A DNA stretch of 64,000 nucleotides from Selaginella moellendorffii (Eukaryota; Plantae; Lycopodiophyta), in NCBI RefSeq assembly GCF_000143415.4, contig NW_003314294.1:57402-121401 (forward strand), written 5' to 3'. The translations under genes were made by a program, and so were the position numbers. Below the pieces are notes generated by a model, which saw only the letters and a list, made by a program, of their open reading frames with translations, searched no databases and was not told where the DNA came from. Below are positions 61,632 to 64,000 of the stretch, one piece after another. Position 1 is the stretch's first letter. Each line of letters begins with the position of its first letter.

Positions 61632-63880
61632 GATGGGGAGGAGAGGAAGGGCGACCGTTGTCGTGCTTGGCGATTTTGGAAGGAGCCCCAGAATGCAGTA
61701 CCACGCCTTGTCTTTGTCGAGCCAGGTAAATCTTCCAGCTCAAACATCTCTTGCTCCAAAATCTCTCGATTTCTCTCGCCTAGGCTGGCATGGACGTGGA
61801 TGTCATTGCTTTCGCAGGTAAATCTAGAGCTTTTCTTTGTTCTTTTCGATCTTATTACTATGATAGGAGCTCAACCACACCGAGCTGTGCTAGAAGATCC
61901 CAAGATTTCTCTTTATCTCATGGTAAGCTCGCTTTTTTGCTCTCTCTTTTCTCGTAACTCTCGTCCTTTTTGTAGAGCGTGCCAAGCTTTCAAAGACTTC
62001 CGCGACTGTTCTATCTGCTGGCACTACCTTTTAAAATCCTTCTTCAGCTATTACACCTCTTGTGGCTTCTCCTTGTTAAAGTGCCATCCTCGGACGTTGT
62101 TCTTGTCCAAGTAAGCTAAACCATGGCTTTTTCTAGTATCACTTTGTTCTTATTTGTGACTTTCTAGAATCCACCCTCAGTGCCAGTCCTGGCAGTGGTA
62201 AAGTGGACGTGTGTGATAAGAAAGTCCGCGTTCGTAATCGACTGGCACAACTTTGGCTATACTTTATTCGGTCTTAGATTGAATCCAAGCCATATTCTCG
62301 TCAAACTCTACTTCTGGTACTACTTACTTGTAAAGTCGTATTCTCGGACGCTTATTATCGCTGCAGGTTTGAAAAGCGTTATGGTAAAATGGCCGATGGC
62401 CATCTATGCGTCACGAAAGCGATGCAACACGAGCTTGCAGAGAACTGGGGGATCAGGTCAGGCATTCAACGTTTCTCGCAAAACACTGGCTTAACTCTTT
62501 TCATGTTCTGCAGGGCAACCGTTGTCTACGATAGATCACCCGAGTTTTTCCAACCCGCTACCTTGGAGGGAAAGCACGAGGTAAGCTAAAGTTGAGCTGT
62601 TTTTTAGATTGCTAGCGGAAACTGATGCATTTTCTTACAGCTGTTTTTAAGGCTGGATGGCTTGTTTAGGCAGCCACTGGGTGAATGGGATTGTTGTTCT
62701 GTAAGACTGGAGGAAGATGAGAACGTTCGGTTAGCATCCAGGCAGTATGCTGCTGGTCGAAGGGATTCGAGTAATGTTGCTAGCTCCTCCTGGACCCTCT
62801 TCACTTGTCGAAAGTTCGCAGTGGAGGACCCGAGAAAAGAAATCCAGGAGGGCGACCAGTACTTCTATCTGAAAGAAAGGCCAGCACTTATTGTGAGCAG
62901 TACTAGCTGGTAAGCGTGCCTCCAAACTTGTATCTCGTGTTCTGACCGTTGCAACAAATCGCAGGACTCCAGATGAGGACTTTGAGATACTGTTGGAGGC
63001 TGCTGTTATGTATGACCGACGTGTGGCGGCATCGCTGGGAGAGCACATAGACAGTGCTTCGGGTGATAGGCGACCCATGAAGAATGCTAGATGTGTTTTC
63101 CCTCGTCTTCTCATCGTTGTTACTGGTATGATATTTCTAGTTCAGCCAGTAATTCTTTTTTTCTGTTTCTTATTCAAGGCAAAGGTCCCCTGCGACAAGA
63201 GTACGAAGAAAGGATAAGCAGGCTACGTTTACATCATGTTGCATTTCGAACGATGTGGCTCGCTGCTGAGGATTATCCTCGTTTGCTTGGTAAAATGGGT
63301 TCTAGCTTTAGATTTCACCTGACGTGCTGGTTTTTCTTTCTTTTAAGGATCGGCTGATCTCGGGGTTAGCTTACATACTTCCTCGTCCGGTCTCGATTTG
63401 CCTATGAAGGTGTGAGGAAGACTTTCTATTTTTCTGACTATCTACATTCCAATGCAGGTTGTGGACATGTTTGGATGCGGATTACCTGTGACGGCCGTTT
63501 CTTATTCATGGTAATTAGCTCGCAGCTTTTGGTTTGTTTCTTCAGCGATTATTTTCCTGTGCAGTATTGACGAGCTGGTCAAGGATCACCAGAATGGGCT
63601 GCTTTTTTCGTCTGCTTCAGAACTTGCAGACCAGTTTATGGTATGAATGTTTGTCTGTCTGCCATGGAGTGACACTTCTTATGCCTCAGGATCTATTTCA
63701 AGGTTTTCCAGACAACTGCGAACACTTGAAGCACTTGAGAGACGGAGCCTTGGCATCGGGTTCGTGTGCGAGATGGGATGACGAGTGGGAGAAGCAAGTT
63801 CTTCCGCTTATTTCCAGGTTTTTGCGACATTCTTTCATTTCTCGATGCTAACTTTCGTTTCGTTTCGGTGCAGATATTAG
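61632..63880 (+). CDS. ALG1: chitobiosyldiphosphodolichol beta-mannosyltransferase, multi-exon
   Basis: [82 protein letters not shown]. Confidence 0.95.
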
Positions 63881-64000
63881 ACTCGAGGCAATGTACATAC
63901 ACCCGAGAGACTGGTTTAACGAACTTTCGTTGGTAGAGCAGTGTTTTGAACCTCGGAATTTAATTGAACGAACAAGATCTTGCAAGCTTGGACGGCGTCG

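Overview
Gene-dense land-plant nuclear DNA with very short introns (about 50 bp). It is most likely the lycophyte Selaginella (inference from the basal-type chalcone synthase, 31-aa SS-type PPR arrays, a sperm-flagellum LRRC46-like gene and extreme compaction). About 24 protein genes or pseudogenes are present: TIMELESS, a condensation/acyltransferase-fold protein, five PLS-class PPRs, an IDM1-like PHD-GNAT protein, pectin methylesterase, DUF3007, ankyrin-BTB, LRRC46-like, a giant disrupted LEA-like repeat gene, CHS, SDH2, a broken CYP71-clan P450, DUF760, ClpC, DNA polymerase lambda, LOG2/LUL, RAMP4 and ALG1. Two AT-rich islands (about 30.7-35.8 kb and 50.9-57.0 kb) hold decayed retroelements, a TRIM and a MITE-like element. 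There are three N gaps. The best candidate for an undescribed system is a pair of AT-rich, intronless, paralogous small secreted Cys/Trp proteins flanking DUF760, whose C-terminus resembles a microbial GDGGWxNWxF-type family. Two local inverted gene-fragment duplications (P450, DUF760) could form fold-back RNA. All family assignments are from recalled motifs; no database search was run.
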